A stretch of 64,000 nt of DNA. It comes from Octopus vulgaris (Eukaryota). The translations under genes and the position numbers were made by a program. Location of the stretch: assembly GCA_951406725.2 (NCBI GenBank), contig OX597835.1, forward strand, positions 17,422,001 through 17,486,000, given 5' to 3'. Positions 1 through 12,878 of the stretch are shown one piece after another. The notes under the pieces were generated by a model. The model was given only the letters and a program-made list of their open reading frames with translations. It ran no database searches and was not told where the DNA came from. Within the stretch, counting starts at the first letter, position 1; each line of letters starts with the position of its first letter.

Positions 1-32
1 GTTTAAACAATATATATATATATATATATATT

Positions 33-215
33 ATCTTTCACCTGCTTTAGCCATTAGGCTGCGGCTATGCTGGGGCACCGCCTTGAATTTTTACACGACC
101 CCAGTAATTATTTTTAACCTTGGTTCTTATCGTATCACTCTCTTTGCCGAACCGCTAAGTTCCAGGGAACTAAAATACAAACACTGGTTGGCAAGTGTGA
201 TGGGAGGACAAACAC
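33..215 (-). mobile_element. SINE family A, 3' half (degenerate)
   Basis: Matches the tail of the fuller copies at 17734-18140 and 53267-53681 (gcggctatgctggggcaccgcc; ctctttgccgaaccgctaagt; ggacaaacacaga); followed by (TA)n. Confidence 0.75.
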
Positions 216-225
216 AGATACATAC

Positions 226-284
<59 letters not shown>

Positions 285-322
285 CATACACACACATATA
301 GATACATAACATTTTGCTATGT

Positions 323-665
323 TATTTGTTTTAGTCATTAGACTACTGCCATACTGGGGCGCCATCTGGAAGCATTTTAGACAAGCGAATTGATTCCTGT
401 ATTTCTTTTTAAGTCGAGTACTTATTCTATCGGATGTTTTTGTCGAACTGCTATGGTACAGGGGCATAAATAAACCAACGGCGGTCGTCAAGCGTTAAAC
501 ACATACACAAAGACACACAAACCGATATATGTATACGAATACATGACGGGTTTCTTTCAGTTTCCGAGGACGCAGTAGTGAAAAATTTGTCCAGGGTGCC
601 GTACAGTGGGACTGAAACCGGAACCATGTGGTTAGGAAACAAAATTGTTAGCACACAGCCACAGA
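323..665 (-). mobile_element. SINE family A, degenerate with internal deletion
   Basis: Shares cagtgggactgaaaccggaaccatgtggttag, acgggtttctttcagtttccg and acttattctatcgg with other family A copies. Confidence 0.75.
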
Positions 666-890
666 CACGCACATACGTGTTGGATGTCGCTTGAATGAAA
701 AGCCAGTCAGATTCATAGAAGTGCAATGGAAATAATGAAACACAAAACCGATGGAGAAATCGAAATAAAGCAAGAACAAAGTATATAAAAGAAAGAACAA
801 TAAACAAACAATTATAAAGCAATAAATCAACGATTAAGAATATTATACACACACACACATACGCACAAACATATATGCATATATGTCTAA

Positions 891-931
<41 letters not shown>

Positions 932-1014
932 TAAATATATATATATAAATATATAAAAATATATATATATATATATATAATATCCATACATACATGTTTG
1001 TATATATGAATATA

Positions 1015-1081
<67 letters not shown>

Positions 1082-1362
1082 AAGAGCAGCGTAAACTGCA
1101 TTAGGATTATCTTTTAAAATCATGCAGAAAATGAAAAACGAAAAAAAAACCAAAAGATGCGATAAAGAATTTGCACAGAAGACAATTAAGAAATGGTACA
1201 TGTGTAGGCGTGAAGTCACGTTAGGAACGCCTATTAATCTCCATTCAATGCTATTTATTTATATAGCGTATTGTTCTTTGTTGTGATTACTTTTATCTTT
1301 TTTGTAATAAGAGTATTAATAAAAGTAATAGTAGCAGTAATCACCACGTGATAGTAACAACA

Positions 1363-1392
1363 ATAATAATAATGATAATAATAATAATTATG

Positions 1393-1438
<46 letters not shown>

Positions 1439-1440
1439 TA
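1363..1440. repeat. (TAA)n microsatellite
   Basis: Direct reading. Confidence 0.95.
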
Positions 1441-2145
1441 AAGCTAACAACAACAAACGCAATGATGTTCCTCATAATTGTTATGGCGGTATTCTAATTT
1501 CTGCCGTTACCACACCGATCATATCATCTACGCTGCATGACCGTTGCATGTTCGTGCTTGAGAGAGCAAATATTGCATAAATTCGAAATTCGTCCTGGTT
1601 TTTCTCCTTCTCCATCTTTTAAAAATTTTCCTTGCTCTTCTATCTAATAATGTGTAAGATTTTTCAGCGCTTGCCTTCTCTCGTCCTTTCTTTTGTTTTT
1701 TTTTAACTTTATATCATTACTGAAAACGCCATTTTGTTTTCCACTAGTCTCTTTCTAACTTTTTTTTCTTCTACTCTACATCTAACGCTCTTTCTCATAC
1801 TGACACTTTTTCACGCTTTTTATTATTTTTTGTTAAGTTTTGGTAAAGAAGTTTTGGAGAAATCTTTTATGATATTGTTGATCTTGTTTTTGCTGTGCAT
1901 TTCGTTGTTGTTGTTGTTGTTGTTGCTCTTGCTGTTGTTACACATGTAAGAAGAACATACTCTAAAAAGAATATTAGAATATTGAATAAATAAATCGTGA
2001 TTAAAGTGACGAACGTATAAAAAGAACACCAGCTCTCCACAGTTCGTTTCAATTGTGTTCGATACTGTATTTATCGTATCTATGTAAGTAATAAGCTTTT
2101 TTTTAAGCGAACGCACCATGTTATCAAAGCACGAGGTTATTATTA

Positions 2146-2210
<65 letters not shown>

Positions 2211-2405
2211 TCATGTATGGTAGGCGTGTCATTAGAAAGTGAGCTGTGTGGAGTTTGAGGTGTTATCAACCGAAACACAAGAAGATAAATTTTTGACACT
2301 GCTATTTTTTTTATACATGATATATTTGTACAAGCGTGTGTAAATATATGTATGTGTATGCGGGTGAGTGTATACAGTCTGCATATGCATAATATATACT
2401 TATAT

Positions 2406-2436
<31 letters not shown>

Positions 2437-2849
2437 CAAAAATGCTCACATACACATTCATACTGCCATTCACGTGAGACACACAAACGCGCGCGTATAT
2501 ATGTCTGAAGAAAATACTCTAAAAAGCATCAGCTTTTTGTTGTTTTTTTTGCATATGAAACTACTTCTCAATTTACTACAAAATAATTTGATATTTTTTC
2601 TAGTTAACAAAAATAACCAGCATCTTATCTATGACTTATATCAACTGGGTCTGCCTCGTTGGGTTCAGGTACCCATCACGAGTATGATGAGGAAGATTTC
2701 GAACCAGTTTACTTATATAAATCCTAAAAATATGAAGGCGCTACTGTGTGATCACAAAAAATATTAACTGGTGTGAATTCTAATGATCTGAGGTTCTCTT
2801 AAAGCGTCAACACGAGAACAAGTTGCTTAGCTATCTACATTATATAGTG

Positions 2850-3000
2850 TTTTGACTTCTGAGTTCAAATTCTGTTGACGTCGACTTTGCCTTTCATCAT
2901 TTCAGGGTCGATAAATTAAGTAGTAGTTGAGTACTGGGGTTGATGTAATCAGTTGCCTCCACCTGAAATTTCATGCTTTGGGTGTATAGTAGAAAGTGTC
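2850..3000 (+). mobile_element. SINE family C, 5'-truncated
   Basis: gagttcaaattc...gtcgactttgcctttcatc...gggtcgataaattaagta...ctggggt matches the body of 9262-9480. Confidence 0.8.
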
Positions 3001-3002
3001 AT

Positions 3003-3037
<35 letters not shown>

Positions 3038-3040
3038 TAA

Positions 3041-3316
3041 CTAACCAAAATAGATAGGAAAACAAGAAACTAACCAAAGTAGATAGAAAAACAAGAAAAA
3101 TAATGACAGGATCTAGGATGCATCACTCAAAATCTGACATAGAAAGGCTATATATACAACATATAGAAGGTGGTAGAGGCCTTATGTAGCTGGAAAACTA
3201 TTATAAAATAACCACAATAGGACTGCAAAAATATCTACTTCAGAAGCAAGGAAAACTGATACAAATAGCAGCAAAACATGAGCAAAACAAAAACCTGCTC
3301 TCAGTATTTAAGGAAG
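3041..3316 (+). mobile_element. Non-LTR retrotransposon ORF fragment, R4/Dong-like (post-RT region)
   Basis: Frame from 3070 reads LTKVDRKTRKIMTGSRMHHSKSDIERLYIQHIEGGRGLM*LENYYKITTIGLQKYL. This matches the DRKTRK..HHPKSD..RLY...EGGRGL signature of R4/Dong-clade elements. One stop codon; 29-bp duplication at its start; abuts (TAA)n. Confidence 0.8.
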
Positions 3317-3321
3317 TGGTT

Positions 3322-3605
3322 GGAGGATAGGAGTTTCGATTCCCAGACTGGGCCCTGTGTATGTTTATTGAGCGAAAACATCTAAAGCTCCACGAGGCTC
3401 CGGCAGGGGGTGGTGGTGATCCTTGTTCTACTCTTTCGCCACAACTTTCTCTCAGTCTCTCTTCCAGTTTCTTGAGTAATGCTGCGATGGACCGGCGTCC
3501 CGTCCAGTTGGGGGGGGGGGAGCACATACGCCACAGAAACCACCGGGAAACCTTGCCCATGAGCCTGGTTAGGCTTGAAAAGAGCGACGTTTATCGTTTT
3601 TACCT
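3322..3605 (+). mobile_element. SINE family B, 5'-truncated, tail type 1
   Basis: B-box gtttcgattcccagact and body tgtttattgagcgaaaacatctaaagctccacgaggctccggcagggg are shared with the 7099 and 11850 copies; the tail (gcgatggaccggcgtcccgtccag...gcccatgagcc) differs. Confidence 0.8.
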
Positions 3606-4820
3606 GTGATCGATGAAATTGGTCCCAGTATATATGACTGGTACTCTATGGTATTGTCCCCGGAAGGATGACATGAGGAGTTCACCTTCGTGCAACTCGA
3701 ATACTATGAAATGAATAGAAATGTTAAACTGTGAAAAATGTTTTACGAAGCTGCCAAGAAGTTGATGATAATAACTAGTGTTGGCCTAGAATATTATCAA
3801 TTTCTCTTTCTTTTCTCTTCTTGGACTGGCGTCCCGTCCAGTTGTGGGGAGCACATATGCCACAGAAACCACCGGGAAACCTTGCCCATAAACCTGGCTA
3901 GGCTTGAAAAGAGCGATGTTTATCGTTTTTACCTATGATCGCTGAAATTGGTCCTAGAATATATGACTGGTACTCTATGGTATTGTCCCCGGAAGGATGA
4001 CATGAGGAGTTCACCTTCGTGCAACTCGAATACTATGAAATGAATAGAAATGTTAAACTGTGAAAAATGTTTTACGAAGCTGCCAAGAAGTTGATGATAA
4101 TAACCAGTGTTGGCCTAGAATATTATCAATTTCTCTTTCTTTTCTCTTCTTGGACTGGCGTCCCGTCCAGTTGTGGGGAGCACATATGCCACAGAAACCA
4201 CCGGGAAACCTTGCCCATGAACCTGGCTAGGCTTGAAAAGAGCGATGTTTATCGTTTTTACCTATGATCGCTGAAATTGGTCCTAGATTGGTCCTAGAAT
4301 ATATGACTGGTACTCTATGGTATTGTCCCCGGAAGGATGACATGAGGAGTTCACCTTCGTGCAACTCGAATACTATGAAATGAATAGAAATGTTAAACTG
4401 TGAAAAATGTTTTACGAAGCTGCCAAGAAGTTGATGATAATAACTAGTGTTGGCCTAGAATATTATCAATTTCTCTTTCTTTTCTCTTCTTGGACTGGCG
4501 TCCCGTCCAGTTGTGGGGAGCACATATGCCACAGAAACCACCGGGAAACCTTGCCCATAAACCTGGCTAGGCTTGAAAAGAGCGATGTTTATCGTTTTTA
4601 CCTATGATCGCTGAAATTGGTCCTAGAATATATGACTGGTACTCTATGGTATTGTCCCCGGAAGGATGACATGAGGAGTTCACCTTCGTGCAACTCGAAT
4701 ACTATGAAATGAATAGAAATGTTAAACTGTGAAAAATGTTTTACGAAGCTGCCAAGAAGTTGATGATAATAACCAGTGTTGGCCTAGAATATTATCAATT
4801 TCTCTTTCTTTTCTCTTCTT
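3489..4820 (+). repeat. Tandem array, 4 copies of a ~329-bp unit
   Basis: Units start at 3489, 3823, 4152 and 4492 (334, 329, 340, 329 bp) and are nearly identical. This explains the three repeated 66-aa ORFs. Confidence 0.97.
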
Positions 4821-5985
4821 CTCTCTTTGTTTCTCTATCTTTCCTCCTTTTGTATCACCTCTGGTTCAAGAAAACAATAAAAGCAAGTGTGGAAATATAG
4901 TAAAGTACATGTGTTGGAATGGCTTAAGCATTGATATGGAAATGTGAGGGAAGTTGAAAGAGAAGAAGTAGTCACATATGCACAATATCGGATATGAGAA
5001 TGCTAAAAACAATGGGAAGAAGAAAAAAAAAAAGGATAAAAAAATAACATTATAAATAAATAAATAAACGAGTAGAAGCTACATCAAAACACTAGTTATT
5101 GATTGAATAATTAATCAAGTCTCCATGTATTGTTTCGTGACTGGAATCTCCAGCAGATTTTCTTCGTATTAGAGGAATGGTATGACAAGCTGGGTCAACG
5201 GTGAAAAGACTCCTTCACAACTATCTCGAAGCTTCTATCTCCAAACAAAAGAAATTTTCAATTTTGCAGACGTAATGAATTAAAATTCCAAAGTTGTCTC
5301 CCCTACTTTCTTAAACACAGCTGATAATTAAACAAACCTTTCCACTACCCCCAAAGACACCACATCAATATTTGGGTAATTTTTCATTAATTAAAATTTC
5401 TTAAATAACTAAATTAATTATCTGAGAACTGATCTTACAATATGCTTTCCAAGAACGACCAATCTTTGAGTTATTCTCCTCTAATTTTTAATTATATTTT
5501 AATCTTACGAATGTAGTTTAGGTGATGTGAATATTTCTACCGTTTTCTCATAACAGCAAAAGTGGTCTACAAAAAAAAAAAAAAGAAAAAAGAAAACAAA
5601 ACAACAACACAACAAAAAAAAAAGAAAGTAAGAAAGTAAAGAATACAATATTTTTCGTTTCAGAACTTCAAAAAATTCGGTGATTGAAATATTAAAATAT
5701 ATATCAGATTTCTGATAAATATTTCTGATCAAAGCAATAAAATTTCGAATATTTCCTTCTTTTACTTAAGATGTATTAATGAGTTTCGTTTTGTATTTGT
5801 TGTTGATGCTTAGTTCCTAGTTAGCCCTGATCAAACATACCTATATATAAAATATAAATATATACATATATACAAGCATACTTGCAGACATACATGCATA
5901 TCTAGATGGATATACATACATATATATATATATATATGCATATCTATATCTACACCTATAGTTATAGGTATAAAACTATATTATA

Positions 5986-6023
<38 letters not shown>

Positions 6024-6067
6024 TATCTATATCTACACCTATAGTTATAGGTATAAAACTATATTAT

Positions 6068-6127
<60 letters not shown>

Positions 6128-6480
6128 TGTATGTATATATACAGATATAAAGAGAAAGTGAAAGAAAGAGAGAGAATGAGTGTGTGTGTGTATGCGCGCG
6201 CGCTGAGTGTGTGTGGTGTGTGTGTGTGTGTGTCTCTATGTATGTTTGTGTTAGAAAAGTATGCTGTAGTTCAATGAAACATTTCGGGATATAAAAACCG
6301 TAATCTAAATGTCTTCAAGAACGCAGCCGTAGAAAGACGGAAATCTTATTAGTAAATTTTCGCCAGATTTTGTATCATCTTGGACATATCAGTAGATCGA
6401 TTTTTATTGATGCATCGCCTTTATAAAATATTACATTATGTTTACATATCTATATCATCACACATATATTTATATAAATG

Positions 6481-6538
<58 letters not shown>

Positions 6539-6570
6539 CGGGCGTATATGTATATTCATGCATATATATA

Positions 6571-6659
<89 letters not shown>

Positions 6660-6879
6660 GTGTATGTACGTATGTATATATATGTTCATACGTCTATATA
6701 TTTATGTGTAAGTGTGTGTTTGTGTTTGTGTGTGGGAATGAATATTATTTTGATAATTCTCCCCTGTAGTAGTAATTCCAGCCTGCAATAGATTTTGTCT
6801 GATTGCTATCGTTCTTGTCTTTGTTGTGTGTATATGAATCTATGCACAATATGACACTCTCCCATACACACACATTAAC

Positions 6880-7095
<216 letters not shown>

Positions 7096-7098
7096 CGT

Positions 7099-7384
7099 GT
7101 GGAGGCGCAATGGCCCAGTGGTTAGGGTAGCGGACTCGCGGTCATAGGATCACGGTTTCGATTCCTAGACTAGGCATTGTGAGTGTTTATTGAGCGAAAA
7201 CTCCTAAAGCTCCACGAGGCTCCGACAGGGGGTGGTGATCCCTGCTGTACTCTTTCACCACTCTTTCTTCTGTTGGCCTGCTCGCTTAGCCAGCGGGGTG
7301 GCGTCATTCGAAGGCTAAAACAATGCAAACGCATTGTGACCAGCGATGTATAACAACATCTAATGGTCTGGTCGGTCACGTGAT

Positions 7385-7390
<6 letters not shown>
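7099..7390 (+). mobile_element. SINE family B, full-length, tail type 2
   Basis: tRNA-like head GTGGAGGCGCAATGGCCCAGTGGTTAGGG (A box) ... GGTTTCGATTCC (B box); ends ggtcacgtgatcacgtga; embedded in (TA)n. Confidence 0.85.
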
Positions 7391-7418
<28 letters not shown>

Positions 7419-7423
<5 letters not shown>

Positions 7424-7617
7424 ATCCAAACACGAAAACACTAAGGGAAAACACAGCAACGCGAGTATGTGGAACAAGTATAGTGTTATTGTACGCTCAA
7501 GAGGATTTAACGTTTCGAGCGGAACTCTTCGTCAGAAACATAGAAAAGGAAAGATCCCAGGAAGGGAAGACGGACGAAAAAAATTATTGCCAACGATACA
7601 CAAGCGGTCGCATATTG
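7419..7617 (-). mobile_element. Short (TA)n-flanked repeat carrying a minimal hammerhead motif (Penelope-like terminus/retrozyme-like)
   Basis: Reverse-complement homolog of 59151-59360; both are flanked by (TA)n. Confidence 0.7.
7505..7539 (-). ncRNA. Minimal type I hammerhead ribozyme motif
   Basis: Minus strand: GUUU-CUGACGA-A-GAGU ucc GCUC-GAAA-C GUU-AAAU. Core intact, 4-bp stems I and II (one G-U each), palindromic AACGUU helix III. Confidence 0.6.
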
Positions 7618-7814
7618 AATCAATATATATATATGTAGCACTATATTATCCAGCAGGGTCTTCATTACTTCAAAACTGTGATTTCCAGATTGCTTGGAAA
7701 ATGTGACTGTTATGTCTAGCAGATAAAAACGACCACATTGACCTTTCATCAATATGTTAGAAGACAAATTTAAAGAGATAAATCGAAAATTAGAAGACAA
7801 AGGGAATTTTTAAT

Positions 7815-8270
7815 AATTCAAATATTAATTAACATATCAAATTTAATTATGTTTTAATTACTACGAGTCAATTATAAATTAACAGCTAAGATTTGATAAT
7901 TAAATAATCAACTAATATTTACTTATTAATTTTATGCCAAAATTTAATTATCAATTAACACTTAGTGTTTAATTATCAATTAATAGCTATGATTTAATTA
8001 TGAATTAATCGTTAAGATTTAATTATAAACCAGGTAGACAAGATTTGATTATTAATTAAAAGCTAAAATTTAATTATAGATTAACAACTAAAGTTTGATT
8101 ATAAGTAACCAGTGGAGATTTAATTAAGAGTTTTAACTACTTTAAATGAGGTGCTTAATAATTAACAGTTACTGTTTAATCATTAATTAATAGCTTAGAT
8201 TTAATGAAGAATTAATAGCAAAACTTTTGTTATTAAGAATGCATTGACAACAAACTAGATTTAATTATAA
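7815..8270. repeat. Degenerate ~25-bp AT-rich minisatellite
   Basis: Recurring unit approximating aagatttaattatcaattaacagct, roughly 15-18 diverged copies. Confidence 0.8.
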
Positions 8271-9261
8271 AGAGGCAGTAAACCGTTGATATGATTCGAA
8301 CCTGTGACCCATCGATTTACAGAATATAACGAAAAGAAGACATTTCCATTGTAAAAAAAAAAAAAAAAAATTCAAAATTCAGTCGAATGTGTATGCGTGT
8401 GGTGTTTTGACTTGCTAAAAATAGCAGCCAAATGAACAATAAATATGCTAAATCACACAGTCTTTAAAAAGGACATACTTCATATAATGCACGAAACACG
8501 ATTTGGTGGAAAAAAAGAAAAATCTGGTGGATGGTCATGGATGGAAGGAGTTAAAACAGAGGCCAACTTGATAAGAACTGAAATGTAGGCTAAGCAACGA
8601 CAGTAGTTGAAGTCGTAGGAGCAATTACCGCCAAAAACGTTGACCCAGCTACCTTTCATGTTATTTGAACCCGCGCCTTCCGCTTCATGTACGCAATATG
8701 TATCTTCTCCTTTATCACGCAATATCAACCTCAGTAAAACAACTGTGGTTTTAATTACAAGTAAAGCTGTTGGGGATTCAGTTTATTGAATAATCAATGA
8801 ATCGATTTAATTAGCTATGTCCTTGATACTATATTTAGATTAGTAACTAATTACCCGTGTTACTTAGTTACACGCCAGCTTTTTGGCGCCAAAGATAAAT
8901 ACTCTTCATTAACATAGTGTGAATTCATCCGTGACGAATATGGATTTAAATGCAGTGAGCATGAAGATACAGACACGAAACGTGGATTTGCATAGATGAA
9001 GTATTTCGTTTGAATACAAGGAACTTAGATTTATATACACGAAACCTGGATTTCAATAGAAGATCTGGATTTACACAGAAGACGAATGTAATATATTATT
9101 GACTTACGTATAAGCAGTGCACATGTATAGAGAGAAACGGCGAGAATTATAAACTGTGCACGATCTAGTTTTTCTTTGATGTTGTAGCAAACCAACGAAG
9201 GCGGGGGCAGCTAAAAATAGCAGTCAGTTTTGAAATGATTAACTTATTCGTCTCAGACGAA

Positions 9262-9480
9262 AAGGCGGCGAGCTGGCAGAAACTTTAGCACACCGGGCGA
9301 AATGCGTAGCCGTATTTCGTCTGACGTTACGTTCTGGGTTCAAATTCCGCCGAGGTCGACTTTGCCTTTCATCCTTTCGGGGTCGATAAATTAAGTACCG
9401 GTTACGCACTGGGGTCGATGTAATCGACATAACCCGTTTGTCTGTCCTTGTTTGTCCCCTCTGTGTTTAGTAAAGAAATA
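9262..9480 (+). mobile_element. SINE family C, full-length with 17-bp TSD
   Basis: Head ggcggcgagctggcagaaactttagc, B box gggttcaaattcc; TSD tattcgtctcagacgaa at 9245-9261 and 9481-9497. Confidence 0.92.
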
Positions 9481-9494
9481 TATTCGTCTCAGAC

Positions 9495-9740
9495 GAAGGC
9501 ACGTGGCCTATTTGTTAGAATATTGCATTCATGATTGTGCAACCACAGTTTCGACTCCCGGACTGGTTAGCGCGTTGTGTTCTTGAGCAAAACACTTCAT
9601 TTCATTTTGGTCCAGCCAATTCAGCTATATATATATGCAACTTTGCAACGGACTCACATCACGTGTAGGTGGAATGTTGCAATCACGGTCGGTTATAGGC
9701 CGCGGAAACCGAGGAACCAAACCTATCAGTTGAAGAGCTA
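9495..9740 (+). mobile_element. Older tRNA/CORE-type SINE (family D head, tail resembling type 1)
   Basis: gaaggcacgtggcc head, gtttcgactcc B box, CORE-like ttgtgttcttgagcaaaacacttcatttca. Confidence 0.65.
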
Positions 9741-10079
9741 ATGGCAGCCTATTGAGGTGATGATTAAGGTTTTGGTCAAATGGGTATTGCCCTTGTTTGA
9801 TATTTGCAGACCGTCCGAAAACGGTGAGCCTGATGCCATTAACGTTCTGCTACAATCGTTGCAGATCAACGCTTGTAAGAAATATGTAGACAGGGATGTG
9901 ATTCTAGGGAGTCGATTTACGGGGAGAAAGGACTGCAAGCAGTGGAATCTGCGAGGCCCAGTGAGCTGGATGCAGTAAGGATGAGAAGAGGTGAACAAGG
10001 GTTTTACAAAGATAGCAAGTAGACAAGGGCTCTACAGCATCGAGAAGGCATGCAACAATCGAGTTCCGAGGAAGTATGT

Positions 10080-10235
10080 ATACGACGGATTCCTTTCAGT
10101 TTCTGTCAACCAATTCCAAACAAACGGTTCACTGCTATAGTAGAAGACATTTGCCCAAGGTGCCACAACACAGTGGGACTGAACACAGACCCACAGGGTT
10201 GGGAAGCAAGCTTCTTACCACACAGCCACGCCTGC
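10080..10235 (-). mobile_element. SINE family A, 5' half
   Basis: ctatagtagaagacatttgcccaaggtgccac...cagtgggactgaac...cttaccacacagccacgcctgc. Confidence 0.8.
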
Positions 10236-10983
10236 ACCTGTATATATATATAGTACATTCACAAACACACATATAGTGCACACAGGTGTGTGTCTATATG
10301 GCCAGAAGTATGGCTTTGTACGTACATTTTTCATTCTCACCTGAGTGTGTGTGTGTGTGTGCATGTGTGTGTGAATCGACGCAGTAACATACACAGCATA
10401 ACGAAAGAGGAAAGCAGTGCTACTTCACTACAAATTAAACGTTGAATTCCATGAGAGAAACAAGACAATTGATTATGTTACTGAACCAAAGAATGGTAAG
10501 GTTGCTTCCTGCTGGAATGACACAACACAGACAATGTCTGCGTGTCCAAGACAATAATAATCTTTCTAAAGACACATTAACGAGAATATCAATAACATTT
10601 AAAAGTAATATTTCAAACAATAGAACGACAAGCCGGGCTTGACCTCGGATTTGTTGCCAAAAATTTATTAATGACATGTGACCTCTACACGGGCTTTGCT
10701 TCGGGAATTGGTGTCGGTATGTGTGTTTGTTTGTGCCTCTGTTTAATGCGCGTGTGCGTGATTGTGTGTGTGTGTATGTATGTTTGTATGTATTTATGAA
10801 CGTAGTATATAAACATATATATGTATGTATATATGTACACATATATGCATATACATACATACATATATATATATATGCATAAACATATGTGAACATATAT
10901 ATGTATACATACGCATGCACACACGCATACACACACACGCACACACACATACACACACACAAACACACACACACACACACACA

Positions 10984-11021
<38 letters not shown>

Positions 11022-11349
11022 TAAAAACATACGCACGCACAAATATATATGTACATACGTGCAGAAATCTATCAATTTATAAATAATTATGTGTGTGTAT
11101 ACACACACAGTTGATTGTTTATTTCACTCTCTCGGAAAGAAGAGCATCGCCTCACACCGAGTGTCTATAATATAAGTATATTATTTAGCATCAGTAAAAC
11201 GTATAAATATATCTGTAATCTTTTTGTTATTTAAATTGTGTTTCTTAACATTCGTATATAGCTGCTATTTCAATACAGTTGGATCTCTGTAGCGGTTGGT
11301 AATCATGGTGGTTATAATAATACTAAAATTATATTAACTGAAGGACAGC

Positions 11350-11505
11350 ATGTTCTGGGAAGGAGAAAAATCAATTATATCGAACCAAGTGCTCAGCTGG
11401 TACTTATTATATTTTCCTACGGATGATTGACAAATTGCTCCTCAGCGAAATTTGAACGTAGAACTTTAAAGTCTGACGACATGCCCTGAAGTATCTTGTC
11501 CGACG
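11350..11505 (-). mobile_element. SINE family C, degenerate
   Basis: tcgaaccaagtgctcagctggtacttatt...cggatga...ctcagcgaaatttgaac resembles the reverse complement of family C. Confidence 0.55.
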
Positions 11506-11849
11506 CAGGATGTATATAGTAAAACATTTTCTTTTTGATGAAGGCGATATTGTTCCTAGTTCACTAGTAGTTTAAGAATGTAAGGATGAGTGAGAGAGAG
11601 AGATGGGGAAAGACAGGGAGTGTGTGTGTGTGAGAGAGAACTGAGAGTGACAGAGAGAGGCAGAAAAAGATGGAGAGAGGGATGGCGAGAAAGTGAGTTA
11701 GATGAAGCAGCACTGGTGGAGTTCATTTGTAATTTACGTACACAGAGAAATATCGTTGTCTTTTGGTGCTATTTACTGGTCAGTCTGTCCACGTTTACAG
11801 AAAAGTAATAATTAGGTCGAAAGGCAATGGGACGGTACAGAGGTCAACT

Positions 11850-12240
11850 GGATGGAAGCACTCCGTCGGTTACTACAACGAGGGTTCCGGTTGATCCGAA
11901 TCAACGGAACAGCCTGCTCGTGAAATTAACGTGTAAGTGGCTGAGCACTCCACAGACACGTGTACCCTTAACGTAGTTCTCGGGGATATTCGGCGTGACA
12001 CAGAGAGTGACAAGGCTGGCCCTTTGAAATACAGGTACAACAGAAACAGGAAGTAAGAGTGAAAGAAAGTTGTGGTGAAAGAGTACAGCAGGGATCACCA
12101 CCATTCCCTGCCGGTGCCTCGTGGAGCTTGTTTAGGTGTTTTCGCTCAATAAACACTCACAACGCCCGGTCTGGGAATCGAAACCGCGATCCTATGACCG
12201 CGAGTCCGCTACCCTAACCACTGGGCCATTGCGCCTCCAC
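11850..12240 (-). mobile_element. SINE family B, full-length, tail type 3, 9-bp TSD
   Basis: Same head as the 7099 copy on the minus strand; TSD AGGTCAACT at 11841-11849 and 12241-12249. Confidence 0.92.
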
Positions 12241-12654
12241 AGGTCAACTACAAAGATAGCGAGCGGACAATGGTTCTACAGCATAGAGAAGGCATGCAAC
12301 CATCGAGTTCCGAGGAAGTAAATCCATTATAGTAACAACAGAAAAGACCAAAAGGGAAGCCAGCGCGCCCGTGGGTCAGAGGATGGAGTATGTCTGTCGG
12401 AAATTGTTTCTGAACGACGAAAAAGACTAATTAACATAGAATTAGAATTTTCAAAAAATGTTATCAGTGGCCAGCATATTAAAAAATACCTTTTAAGGTG
12501 AAATTATAAGCAACTTAAAAACAAGGGCAAAAGAAAAATATTATATGCCAAATATGCCGAGAATCGACTTAAAATCGTCAAATAGCCGCATATAATTCAT
12601 CACTATAAACACATGTCTCACAAAGCAAGCTGACAGAATTTTCTAATATAAATT

Positions 12655-12827
12655 TGTTTTCATATCTGGTTGACCCTCCTGCTTTTATACGGTTAGGCAT
12701 TGAATCGACTAGTTGCTTGCAGGTGCTACACACAATTTGGCCTTTCCTTCTTTCAACTTTTGGTATGTATGAACGTAGTATATAAACATATATATGTATG
12801 TATATATGTACACATATATGCATATAC

Positions 12828-12878
<51 letters not shown>

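Noticed and set aside
3738-4607. Three near-identical 66-aa ORFs as a small gene family
   Set aside because: By-product of the 329-bp tandem array; the ORF crosses unit junctions and includes SINE tail sequence.
5115-5175. Possible decayed hammerhead on the minus strand (CUGGA/UCCAG hairpin, CGAAAC)
   Set aside because: No CUGANGA core and no valid cleavage triplet or stem I.
7099-7172. tRNA gene
   Set aside because: A and B boxes continue into a repeated SINE body; it is a tRNA-derived SINE head, also present at 12165-12240.
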